The position numbers and the translations under genes are program-made. From Negaprion brevirostris (taxonomy: Eukaryota): a stretch of DNA of 64,000 bases. The stretch spans positions 10,423,035-10,487,034 of the forward strand of contig JARDVH010000121.1 in the NCBI GenBank assembly GCA_030324005.1, read 5' to 3'. The notes beneath the pieces were generated by a model, which made no database searches, was not told where the DNA came from, and saw nothing but the letters and a program-made list of their open reading frames with translations. Of this stretch, positions 51,791 to 63,494 are shown one piece after another (the stretch's first letter is position 1; every line of letters starts with the position of its first letter).

Positions 51791-53374
51791 GTGAGAAATC
51801 ATTCCATTGGCTTCTCTTGAGTAGGTTATAGTTTTCCACGCCAAAGTACTAAATTAATTATAAATTAATCAGGCCAGTGTTTGTGTCTTGCACAAGTCTT
51901 GTCTTGCTCTGCTTAACTTAATCCTATCCAAGTGTCCTTACATATATATCGTGGCAGAAATTCACTGTGATGTTGCGTCCAAGCTCTTTACGTCAACTGT
52001 TTCACCTGGGAGGAATGAATGTTCTGAACACATTCAGAGCAATTAGGTTGTGATCACTGAATTTTTGATGGCATTCATTGGTAACCATTTTCCATAATTT
52101 CTTCCATTTTTAAGGTGCAAAAAGGGGACATCTTATTGGAATGCACTCAAAGTGATATTTTGTGGTTTCTTAATATGTCATTACGTTGCTTCCCGGTATA
52201 TATTTTTTTGGGCAGCAAATGATAATAATAGCAGTTCCTCCTTTTTCGAAAGTTATAGAAACTCGATTCTGAATTTCACCGCAGTAAATCATTTCTAGAT
52301 CATCCTTCGCAATTTCTTAGGCAATACAGATTGGAAACATTGAACATTGATGGCTTAAAATATATAGCCTGTATTCACTGATGCAAGTGTGTTGCTTCAA
52401 TGATTTTGGACTGACATGTTCGCATTTTTTTGTATCCGCTGTAACATAATGATTTACCACAACTTAACCGCAGGAAAGATGTGTCATGATTTCCATTAAT
52501 CGAGATTGCAAAACAATGCTTAAAACTGAAGCTATCATTCAATGGTTTAAACAAATAATTGTGCAAATTCCCCTAGGCACTTAACCAATCAGCTGATCGC
52601 CTACATCACAATTGTACGTCAGGCCAATGTGGAACTATAGATGTAACAACGGAANNNNNNNNNNNNNNNNNNNNNNNNNNNNNNNNNNNNNNNNNNNNNN
52701 NNNNNNNNNNNNNNNNNNNNNNNNNNNNNNNNNNNNNNNNNNNNNNNNNNNNNNCAACGGAACACACGAAATGCCTGGAAAGGCTCAACTGTGAAAGTTC
52801 AATTTCAGGCTGCTCGGACGCTTGGAAGATATGTTTAATTCGAAGAAGGCGCCAGTGACTTAAATCCATGCAAATGGACTTTGCTTATCCAGAATGTTCT
52901 GCATTACAAAATCTAAACAATTACGCCTGATGTAAGCTCACAACAGGCGCTCTTGCACTCCCCTCTATTCATATGACTGCACACATAAATCGCCAGAGCA
53001 CTCGACAGATAATAGCCCTAAATTTTAGCTGACGTTCCCCGACACCAGAGATTTGTGTGCCCAATCTGATGGCCCCATCGAGCCTAAAAATATTCCCGAA
53101 CCTATTATTCGAACCAAACTACCACCTCAAACCAGCAGGTGATACCAATATTGAAGGCGTAGTGGGCAGTCAAGAAGGTTATCGAGGATTGCAGCAGGAT
53201 CCTGATCAATTGGGCCAGGAGGTTGACGAATGGCCGATGCAGTTAATTATGCATATATGCGAGGTTATACATTCNNNNNNNNNNNNNNNNNNNNNNNNNN
53301 NNNNNNNNNNNNNNNNNNNNNNNNNNNNNNNNNNNNNNNNNNNNNNNNNNNNNNNNNNNNNNNNNNNNNNNNNN

Positions 53375-53695
53375 ATGTGGATTAACTGGGGGAATGGGGG
53401 TAGACAGGGACAGGGAGTGAGAGTAAAATAGGGAATGTGGATTAACTGGGGCAATGGGGGGCAGACAGGGACAGGGAGTGAGGGTGAAATAGGGAATGTG
53501 GATTAACTGGGGGAATGGGGGTAGACAGGGACAGGGAGTGAGAGTAAAATAGGGAATGTGGATTAACTGGGGCAATGGGGGGCAGACAGGGACAGGGAGT
53601 GAGGGTGAAATAGGGAATGTGGATTAACTGGGGGAATGGGGGTAGACAGGGACAGGGAGTGAGAGTAAAATAGGGAATGTGGATTAACTGGGGGA
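53375..53695 (+). repeat. G-rich minisatellite, alternating 60/61-bp units, running into a gap
   Basis: atgtggattaactgggg(g/c)aatggggg(t/gc)agacagggacagggagtgag(a/g)gt(a/g)aaataggga repeated about 5 times. Confidence 0.95.
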
Positions 53696-54004
53696 GAATG
53701 TTAGATTTTCATAGTTTAAAGTTTGAATTAACCTGGAACAGAATGGGGAGTAAAACACATTTATATTCAATATAGTTTTATAATAACACACACCAAGATA
53801 ACTCAATTGGATTCAGATTTATAAATAGGGATTAAAACACATTTCATAATATTCACCGACATTTATTCCGATATTGGTAGCATTATTTATATTTACGTAT
53901 CATGATAACACAATTAGATTTATATTGTATACAGAGTAAAACATGTCATAATATTTATCTTTATACACTGATTTCTATACATGTAAGAAAACAGATATTC
54001 ATAT

Positions 54005-54555
54005 GCAAATTCGGAGCAGACATAGGCCACCCTCGAGACAGCTTTGCAATTCAATAAGATTGTGGCTGATCTGATTGTTACCTCGTCCCCACGTTCCCGC
54101 TGACCTCTGATAACCTTTCAGCCCCAGTTCTAGATTCTCCCACAGGAGGAAACATCCTCTCTACACCCACTCTGTCGAGACCCCCTCAGGATCTGAAAGG
54201 TTTGGATCGAGTCGCCTCTTACTCTTCTAAACTCCAGTGAATACAAGCCCAGCCTCTCCCAACCTTTCCTCATCAGACAACCCGCCCATTCCTGGGGTTA
54301 GTCTGGTAAACCCTCTCTGAACTGTTATGACACCTTTACTTAAGTAAGGAGACCAACATTGTCCACAGTACTCCAGGTGTGGGGTCACAACATTCCATAC
54401 AGCTGAGGCATCACCTCCCTGCCTCTTTAATGAATTCCCCTCACAATAAACAATAACACCCTATCAGTTTTCTGAATTACTTGCTGTAACCGCACACCAG
54501 TCTTTTGTGATTCATGCACTAGGACTCCCAGATCCCTCTGCACCTCAGAGCTCCA
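54005..54555 (-). mobile_element. CR1 3' fragment (antisense)
   Basis: ggagcagacataggcc...caataagattgtggctgatctg; gtactccaggtgtggggtcac (VxPHLEY antisense). Confidence 0.85.
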
Positions 54556-54559
54556 GATG

Positions 54560-55975
54560 TTAGGGAACTTGGGGAAATGAATAGTGATGTCTTGAAGAGT
54601 GCACGTATAATGGAGAAGGAGGTGCTCGAAGTCTTAAAAGTGCCTCAGGGTAGACAAATGCCCGGGACCCGATGAAGTGTACCCCAGGATGTTGTGGGAG
54701 ACTTGGGAGGATATTGCGGGTCCCCTTAGCAGAAATATTTGGATCATCAACACCACAGATGAGATGCCTGAAGATTGGAGGGTGGCAAATGTTGTGCCTT
54801 TGTTTAAGAGGGGCTGCAGGGAAAAGCCTAGGAACTACAGGCCAGTGAACCTCATCTGTAAGTGGGTAAGTTGTTAGAAGGTATTTTGAGAGACAGGATC
54901 GACAGACATTTAGAGACACAAGGACTGATTAGGGACAGTCAGCGTGGCTTTGTGAGCGGAAAATAACGTCTCACAAATTTAATTGAGTTTTTTGAAGGGG
55001 TAACCAAGAAGGTAGGTGAGGGCAGTGCAGTTCATGTTGTTTACATGGATTTTAGCAAGGTGTTTTACAAGGTACCACATGGTAGCTTGTTGCATAAGGT
55101 TAAATCTCACGGGATCCAGGGTCAGGTATCTAAATGGATACAAAATTGGCAATTGGGCCAGTGGGCTGACGAATGGCAGATGGAGTTTAATTTAGATAAA
55201 TGTGAGGTGATGCATTTTGGGAGACTGGACCAGGGCAGGACTTACTCAGTTAATGGTAGGGCACTGGGGAGAGCTACAGAACAAAGAGATCGAGGGGTAC
55301 ATGTTCATAGTTCCTTGAAAGTGGAGTCACAGGTGGACAGAGTGGTGAAGAAGGTATTCGGCATGCTTGGTTTCATTGGTCAGAACATTGAATACAGGAG
55401 TTGGGACGTCTTGTTGAAGTTCTACAAGACATTGGTAAAGCCAAACTTGGAATACTGTGTACAGTTCTGGTCACCCTATTATACAAAGGATTTTGTTAAA
55501 CAAAAGAGCGCAGAAAAAATATTACTAGGGTGCTACTGAGAATTGATGGTTTGAGAAATGACGAGATAGTCTGGGACATTTTTCTCGGGAGCATAGGAGG
55601 TTGAGAGGTGATTTCATAGAAGCCTACAAAATAATGAGGGACATACATCAGCTAGATAATCAATGCCATTCACCCAAAGGTAAGGGAATCTGGGAGTAGA
55701 CGGAATAGATTTAAAATGAGATGTGAGAGATACAAAAGGGCCCAGAGGAACATTTTTTCTTCACGCAGAGGGTGGTGATTGTCTGCCAAATTTAGTAGTA
55801 GAGGCAGGTGCAATTTTGACTTTCAAAAAGCGCTCAGACAGCTACATGGGTAAGATGGCTTAAGAGGGGTATGAAACAAACGGGGGCAATTAGGACAAGC
55901 TTCGTGACTAAAAAAAAGCGGCATGCACAAGTTGGCCCAAAGTCCTATTTCCATGCTGTAACCATCTATGACTCA
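54560..55975 (+). mobile_element. CR1 RT to 3' tail with an internal deletion of the RT core
   Basis: ORFs 54677..54877 (PEDWRVANVVPLFKRG...NYRPV) and 55045..55539 (MDFSKVFYKVPHG...WIQNW/QLGQWADEWQMEFNLDKCEVMHFG). Confidence 0.92.
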
Positions 55976-56870
55976 AACCGATTGCATGCACCCCCGCCAA
56001 TGAAGTTGGAGTCAATCATACCCAACTACAGATTTCCTCAGGGCAGTCACGCCACTTGGCGGAATCTGGTTGCTCGCCGAGAACATGAATACACTCACAG
56101 ATGCATTGAAATGTTATTTTTTGCAACTCAACTATCCTGCAAGGAGAAACACTCAAACACCTAGCAAACAGTCCCTTTTGCGACGATAATCGACTGACCC
56201 AGGAATCCATCCAATTATTTCACCTTCATCAATTATTCATCAAATTTCAGCCACATCGCTCATACCATCCATCTACTAAACTCACGCACTTATTTGGCAA
56301 ACCAAACAAACAACACAGCAGATTCTCCAGCCACATACGGACCGAAACAAATACACATCTACCGGTGATCATGACCATTCATCCAGTCATCAGTCTGCTA
56401 GTCCACTCGCTCAACCATTCACCCAGTCAAGCATTTACCCATGCATTTAATAATACTCACAACCACACAAATTCTTCAGACGTCTGCATCTTGAAATAAA
56501 TTCCCGAATCCGAAAGCAAAAAAAATGCATGTAAACGCTCTTTTCAACGGCTCTTCTCAGCTTGATGGAGTTTTCCAGAAGCGCAGCATTTCACAGTTTT
56601 TTTTTTATTATTCAGTTAGAATGGAGACACCTCTGAAGTAATAGTCACAGATTTCGTGTCCAGAGTTTTATTGAGCCACGATATTGTCACTGACTGAATG
56701 ATTAAACCGACGATCGCGGGTGGGGGAAAGACAGGGGGAGAGGTGTAGGAAGATGATGGAGGCGAGCCAGGTTTAGAATGTTAGAAAAGGAAGAGATTGA
56801 TTCCATGCAACGTTTAATTTAGTGTGCTTTGCTATTCAAATAACAATGTCTTGTTCTTGTCACTATTTAG

Positions 56871-56897
56871 AAGATAAGCTGGACATGGTAGACAAAG
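56871..56897 (+). CDS. 27-nt phase 1-1 micro-exon candidate (E)DKLDMVDK
   Basis: ttgttcttgtcactatttag|AAGATAAGCTGGACATGGTAGACAAAG|gtaaag; acceptor resembles that of exon 25198. Confidence 0.68.
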
Positions 56898-57115
56898 GTA
56901 AAGCGAACAGCTGCAAATATTCTTTCCATTTTTTATTTGTCTGAACTGTATCCTTGGATACAATAAATATTGCGGGTCATTCGGAACTAATTGTAAATTT
57001 AAAATAAGTTGACTATTATCCAAAATTGACATCCATCGACTTTCTGTAACATAATTACAAATTGTCTAAAGTTAGTGGTGGGAAAAGTTACAGGAAGTAA
57101 CTTTGAGTGACAGAG

Positions 57116-57360
57116 TGGGCAGTGTAGTGGTTAGCACTGCTGTTTCACAGCGCAGGGACCCGGCTTGGATCACTGTCTGTGTGGTGCGTGCCCGTTCTAC
57201 CCGTGTGTGCGCGGGTTTCCTCTGTCTCCTCCGGTTTTCGCCCACATTCAGGAAGGTGTGCAGGTTGTGTGTATTGACCCACACAGGCGCCGGTCTGAGG
57301 CGACGACGGGAATTTCACAGTAACTTCATTGCAGCCTTACTTGTGACTAATAAATGCATT
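57116..57360 (+). mobile_element. tRNA-derived SINE
   Basis: gggcagtgtagtggttagcactgctgtttcacagcgcagggacccgg...cacagtaacttcattgcag...cttgtgactaataaa. Confidence 0.85.
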
Positions 57361-57869
57361 TAAAAAAAGCAGAATGCATCGGCAATTTTGGGAACAAAGA
57401 CTAGTGATGACTATCAATATAGATCTGATAAGGGATGGTCGCATTTCTGAACCAAAAGTATATTTTTTAGAATATAAAATATATTCTATATTTAAAATGC
57501 ATTTGACGCTGAAACACGTCATTGAATCCAACTGTCAGTATTTGATCACAGATGATGTTTTAACTTCCTTGATAGTACAATCCTGATCTGTGTCCACAGT
57601 ATTAGAACAGTTTATTACTCAATAATGCCTCTGTTGCAAATACTCGAAGAATGCGCGTGAACGCAACATCTACTATGAAGTGAAACGTGGAAGAACGTCC
57701 CCAATGATAAACAGGCGTTTGGCTATCCAGGAGAGGCGGCAAAGAGGCTTCACTGGTACATTCAGGGAAAGGTGGGCCCAGAAACATCGACGAAGAAATG
57801 GGAAGCGGATGATTTCCTCTCAAGGACCGGTCCAGTAAGACTCAGGGAAAGAGCAGGCAGAGTGTATCG

Positions 57870-58205
57870 TAGAATCATAGATAACATACACGGCGGAAAA
57901 AGGTCATTTGGCCCATCAATCTGCACCGAGCACAGTCCCACCCAGGTCTTACCCCCTTAACCCTACATATTTACCCACTAATCCTTCTAACCTAAGCATC
58001 TCAAGACAAAAAGGGGCACTTTTAGCATGGCCAATCAACCTTAACCTAACTGTGGGAGGAGACAGGAGCACACAAATGATACCCACGCAAACACGAGGAG
58101 AATTTGCAAACTCCACACAGACAGTGACCCAAGCCAGGAATCGAACCCAGGTCCCTGGAGATGTGAAGCAACAGTGCTAACCACTATGCTACTGTGCCAC
58201 CCATG
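57870..58205 (-). mobile_element. HE1-type SINE (antisense)
   Basis: tttagcatggccaatcaacct...caaactccacacagacagtgacccaagccaggaatcgaaccc...gctaaccact. Confidence 0.85.
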
Positions 58206-58720
58206 TGTGCTGCTCTGGTCACCTCACTGTAGGAAGAATGTGATTGCACATGAAAGGGTATAGAGGATGAAATATTTGAGCTATAAAGACAAACTCAGTA
58301 GGCTTGGATTGTTTTCTTTTGGGCAGAGAAGGCTGAGGGGGGACATGACTGAGGTGTATAAGATTATGAGGGGTATAGACAGGGTAAATAGGAAGCAACC
58401 AACTGTTCCCCTTGGTTGAAAGGTAAATCATGAGGGAGCATAGCTTTAAGGTAAGGGGCAGGAGAATCAGACAGGATTTGAGAAAATAAAATTTTCACTC
58501 AGAGGGTGGTGCAAATCTGGAACGCACTAACTGGGAAGACAGTGGATGTTAGAAACCTTACAACCTTGAAAAGGTATTTGGATGAGCGCTTGAAATATCA
58601 CAACATTTAAGGATATGGGGCTACTGCTGGAAATCAGATTAACGTGACTTTTGTGGTAGTTACTATTGAGGCAGACTTGATGGGCCAAAGATCCTTTTCT
58701 GCACTGTACAACTCTAAAAA
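58206..58720 (+). mobile_element. CR1 3' fragment
   Basis: gaaggctgagggggg acatgactgaggtgtataagattatgagggg...actcagagggtgg...ctgtacaactcta. Confidence 0.85.
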
Positions 58721-59291
58721 TCTATCAATACTATCTGGGATAATAGACTTTACATTATCGTCATGTGATTCAAGGCCCAAAGTCCAAACAAAGCCTTCAG
58801 TTCAAGGGCAATTGGAGATGTTGGCCTTGCGAGTGACACCCATATCCAATTAAGGGGGAAAAAAAATCATTCATTGGGTTCTTCTCAATTTATAATGGTA
58901 GTTGAAAATATTGACAGAAATACCAGAATTTTCACATCCTACCCACCATGCGAATCATAGCAGGCAGAAGTAGGTGCCCCCATGCAAAGGTCAGTTGACT
59001 TCGGGCATAATTTTCCAGTCTTGGGGCAAGCACGGCTGGAAAATTCCACCCAATATCTTTGATGGGGGGCCACCAAACCAAGCAGTTGTGTTCTCTGCAT
59101 TCCTTTATTTCACTTTGATTCGACCTGTTGTCCCTTGAGTTTGGATATTCAGAAGCTTTTTCCCAGGGTGGAAGAGTCAATTAATAAGGGGCATAGATTT
59201 AAGGTGTGAGGGGCAATGTTTAAAGNNNNNNNNNNNNNNNNNNNNNNNNNNNNNNNNNNNNNNNNNNNNNNNNNNNNNNNNNNNNNNNNNN

Positions 59292-61710
59292 GTGCTGGGA
59301 GATTTTAATATATTGACTGGGACTCACTTAGTGCTAGGGTGTGGATGGGGCAGAGTTTGTAAGGAGCATCTAGGGGGGCTTCTTGAAACAAATATGTAGA
59401 TAGTCCAAATAGGGAAGGGGCCATACTGGACCTGGTATTGGGAATGAGCCCATCCAGGTGGTCGATGTTTCAGTAGGGGAGCAGTGACCACAATTCAGTA
59501 AGCTTTAAGGTACTGATGGATAAGGATAAGTGTATTCCTCAAGTTGAGGTACTAAACTGGAACAAGGCTAATTACAACAATATTAGGCAGGAACTGAGGA
59601 CTGTAGATTGGGGGCAGATGTTTGAGGGCAAATCCACATCTGGCATGTGGGAGACTTTCAAGTGTACGTTGATAGGGCTTCAGGACTGGCACATTCCTGT
59701 AAGCATGAAGGATAAGTATGACAAGTTTTGGGAATCTTGGATAATGAGAGATGTTGTGAGCCTCGTCAAAGAGAAAAAGGGAAGCATTTGTCAAAGCTAG
59801 GAGGCTGGGAACACATGAAGCAAGTGTGGAATACAAGGGAAGTAGAAAGAAACTTAAGGAATAAGGAGGACTAAAAGAGGGTTGCGAAGAAGCATTGGCC
59901 AGTATGATTAAGGAAAATCCAAAGGCTCTTTATAAATATATAAAGAGCAAGAAGGTTGCCAGGGATATGGTTGGCCCATTCAAGCACAAGGGAGGGAATT
60001 TATGCATGGAGCCAGAGTAAATGGGTGAGGTCTTAAATGAGTACTTTGCATCAGTGTTCACAAAGAGAAGGACTTGGTGTATGATGAGTCTGGGAAAGGA
60101 TGTGTAGATAGTTTGAATCATGTTGAGATCAAAGACGAGAAGATGTTGGGGGTCTTGAGAAACATTAAGGTAGAGAAATCCCCAGGGCCTGATGGAATAT
60201 ACCCCAGAGTACTGAGAGAGGCAAGGGAGAAAATTGCTGGGGCCTTGAGTGAAATCTTTGTATCCTCACTGGCTGCAGGGGAGGTCCCAGATGATTGGGG
60301 AATAGCCAATGTTGTCCCTTTGTTTAAGAGTAGCAAGGATAATCCAGGTAATTATAGGCCAGTGAGCCCTACATCAGTGATAGGGAAATTATTGGAGTGG
60401 ATTCTTTGAGACAGGATTTACTCCCACCTGGAAATAAGTGGATGTATTAGTGAGAGGCAACATAGTTTTGTGAAGGGGAGGTCGTGTCTAATGAATTTGA
60501 TTGAGTTTTTCAAAGAAACGATGAAGATGATTGATGAGGGTAGGGCAGTGGATGTTATCTACATGGCCTTCAGTAAGACCTTTGATAAGGTCCCTCATGA
60601 CAGACTGGTGCAGAAGGTGAAGTCGCATGGGATCAGAGGTGAGCTGGCAATGTGGATACAAAACTGGCTCAGTCAAAGAAGACAAAGTAGCAGTGGAAGG
60701 GTGCATTTCTGAATGGAGGGCTATGACAAGTGGTGTTCCTCAGGGATCAGTGCTGGGACCTTTTCTGTTTGTACTATATATAAATGATTTGGAGGAAAAT
60801 GTAACTGGATTGATTCGTATGTCTGCAGACGACACAGAAGTTGGTGGATTTGCGGATAGTGATAAGGACCATCAGAGGATAGAGCAGAGTGTAGATTGAT
60901 TGGAGACTTGGCCTGAGAAATGGCAGATCGAGTTTAATCTGGACAAATGTGATGCAATGCATTTTGGAATGTCTAATACAGGTACGAAATATACAGTAAA
61001 TGGCAGAACCCTTAAGACTGATGATAGGCAGAGAGTTTTGGATTTACAGACACAAGGTCACTGAAAGTGGCAACGCAGGCGAAGAAGGTAGTGAGGAACC
61101 CATACGGCATGCATTCCTTCATCGCTGGGGCATTGAGTTTCAAAATTGGCAAGTCATTTTGCAGATTAATAGCTTCTTATTGAGGCCGCACTTGGAATAT
61201 AGTGTTCAGTTCTGGCCGCCATACTGTATGAAGAGTGTGGAGGCTTTGGGGAGGGTGGAGAAAAGATTTACCAGGATGTTTCCTGGAATGAGGGGAGCTT
61301 AGAGAAACTTGATTTGTTCTCACTGGAACGACGGAGGTTGAGGGACAACCTCATAGAAGACTACAAGGTTATGAAGGGCATGGACAGACTGGATTTCCAG
61401 GGTAGATGAGCCAATTACTCGGGGGCGTAGATGCGAGGGGCAAGTTTTAAAGGACATGTACCAGGCAAGTTTATTTCACACAGAAGGTGATGGGTGCGTG
61501 GAACCCGCTGCCGGGGGAGATAGAGGAAGCAGATACGATAGTGATTTTTAGGGTGTCTTGACAAATACTTAAATGAGATGAGAATGGCAGGATATGGTCC
61601 ACGGTAGGGTAGAAGATTTTAGTTTACTCGCTCAGCATGGACGGTACAGGCTTGGAGGGCCTAATGGCCTGTTCCAGTGCTGAATTTTCCTTGTTCTTTG
61701 TTTTTTGTAA
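59292..61710 (+). mobile_element. Best-preserved CR1 LINE ORF2 (endonuclease end, RT, 3' UTR), frameshifted
   Basis: GDFN/DW; KSPGPDGIYPRVLRE; NYRPVS; SCLMNLIEFF; AFSKTFDKVPH; [11 protein letters not shown]; ADDT; RPHLEYSVQFW; tail ttgttctttg. Confidence 0.95.
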
Positions 61711-61943
61711 CGGTTTCTAAATAAAGCACAGATTTAAGACAGACATGCTTCCTCAGTTTCAACATTAGGGAATGGGTGGACTTTTTTTTCCGATTCAATT
61801 CTTGAAGTACACCCACTCAGGTACAGATTTTTTATTATTATTACCTTTAACAAATGTGAACAAATGATTGTTCAACATGATTGAAAATACACAGGTTTAC
61901 ATTACCTCAATGTTGCCTGCCGCACAGTCTGTTTTAACCCTTA

Positions 61944-62756
61944 TGCGGTGGACAAGTAACTAAGAGTAGACGTCTTGTAAGTACAAACAATATTTATTTA
62001 AACCCGCACAATCGATGATCACCCACCCGACCAACAATAAGCTATCTTACAGGAAAATACTAAAGTTCAAGTCCAATACGAGACCTTGACATAACTTTGC
62101 CTGACTGGCAAGTACCTAAGCAGCTATTGGCCTTTATCTGTGCACTGGTCTCGGTAGTCGTCTGTATAGTCTGGTCCTTTGGGCTGGTCTGTCATTCTGG
62201 CTCTGGTCTGCTTCCTTCCTTCTCGGGTGTGGTGGGTCTCCTCTTGCTGGCGATGGTCACCACTGTTGTACCTTGTTCGTGGGGCCCGAGAGAAAGAGAG
62301 ATTCCTGGTTGTGCGGCACCCTTTATATCCCGTTTTGTTTCACGCCCCTTTTTGGCCATTGACAATCAATTGATCAGGACTTGATCACTCTGATCGATAA
62401 GAGTCAAATCAGGTGCTACCACACCGATCTTTGGGTGTGTCCCCAACGGCCATGTCTGTAGGTGTTGGAAGCACATGGGCCACATACCTCCCTCCTAAAT
62501 AAGGGTTCACGGTGCCCTTATGTCTGGTACACAGCCCAGTGAGACCAGAAAGCCACTTTCGTCCTGGAGTTGAAACAAACCAGTGTGACTAAAAAGTCCC
62601 TTTCATCCTGGAGATGACCCATATTGAGTTTATTCACTTGTCAGGTTTGCAGCCTGTTTGTCTCTGTCTTTAAACTTAGGCCTGTCGGTTTAGTTTCTTG
62701 CCCAATTGTCCCAGAGTGCTTTACAAAACGCCATTTTAGATGGCCTGTTGGCCACA
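61944..62756 (-). mobile_element. Probable solo LTR
   Basis: TG...CA bounded ~810-bp block. Minus strand shows TATA-like gatataaag (~62321-62329) upstream of AATAAA (~61993-61998). No clear target-site duplication. Confidence 0.45.
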
Positions 62757-62954
62757 TCACTGTACGGTATCAGAAGTGAGAAGAACTTTATTAGTTGTGC
62801 TCACCAGTATTAAATCAACAACTGCCATTTACTTGTTCCAATTTCAATAAACCTCTATTTGGTACATTGTTAGGTTACGAAAGAAACAACATCGTTAAAC
62901 ATTTTTGCTCCCTTTTGTTGCATGCCAATGCTGACGCTCCCACTTGTCTTACAG

Positions 62955-62978
62955 GCGAAGCCCCGACCAGCGTAACAG
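62955..62978 (+). CDS. 24-nt phase 1-1 micro-exon candidate (G)EAPTSVT
   Basis: cacttgtcttacag|GCGAAGCCCCGACCAGCGTAACAG|gtaata. Confidence 0.6.
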
Positions 62979-63470
62979 GTAATACTGCGGTTCAGCATTA
63001 CTTATCTGCACTTGTAACAACTAACCATTCTGCGTTTAATAAAACGGTTCCCCTTGTGTCCTTGTTGAGTATCGCAGGGAAAAAGTACACATTTCGAAAT
63101 GTGTTAGCTTGCAGTCGTTGAGAGAGTTCATAAAAATGCACTTATCAGGAGAAAAAAACAATTTATATTTTATCGAAGGAAGTGGTCATAGGCTAGAATT
63201 CGGATTGCAATTGGCAGAAAATAATATATTTGTTGAGCCTGACTAACTGTTAACTGTCCAATATTTGCAAAGTCCTATTCCGTGATGATGAGTTAGTGTT
63301 TGACAAATACTACTGAAGTACTAACCGTTACGAACACGGTAAATAATTCTGGAGACCAGAGCGGAGTTGTGAATAACTTTTCTGGAAATTAAAGCAACGA
63401 GTATTGCATCAGAAATCCCCATCAAATTGGAATAAACGTAAATGTGAGTGGAAATGTTTGCGCTTTTCAG

Positions 63471-63494
63471 GCATTCTGAGCACGGCTACAGATG
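63471..63494 (+). CDS. 24-nt phase 1-1 micro-exon candidate (G)ILSTATD
   Basis: tttgcgcttttcag|GCATTCTGAGCACGGCTACAGATG|gtattt. Confidence 0.55.

Noticed and set aside
53375-53695. CRISPR-like regular repeat
   Set aside because: No unique spacers; eukaryotic minisatellite.
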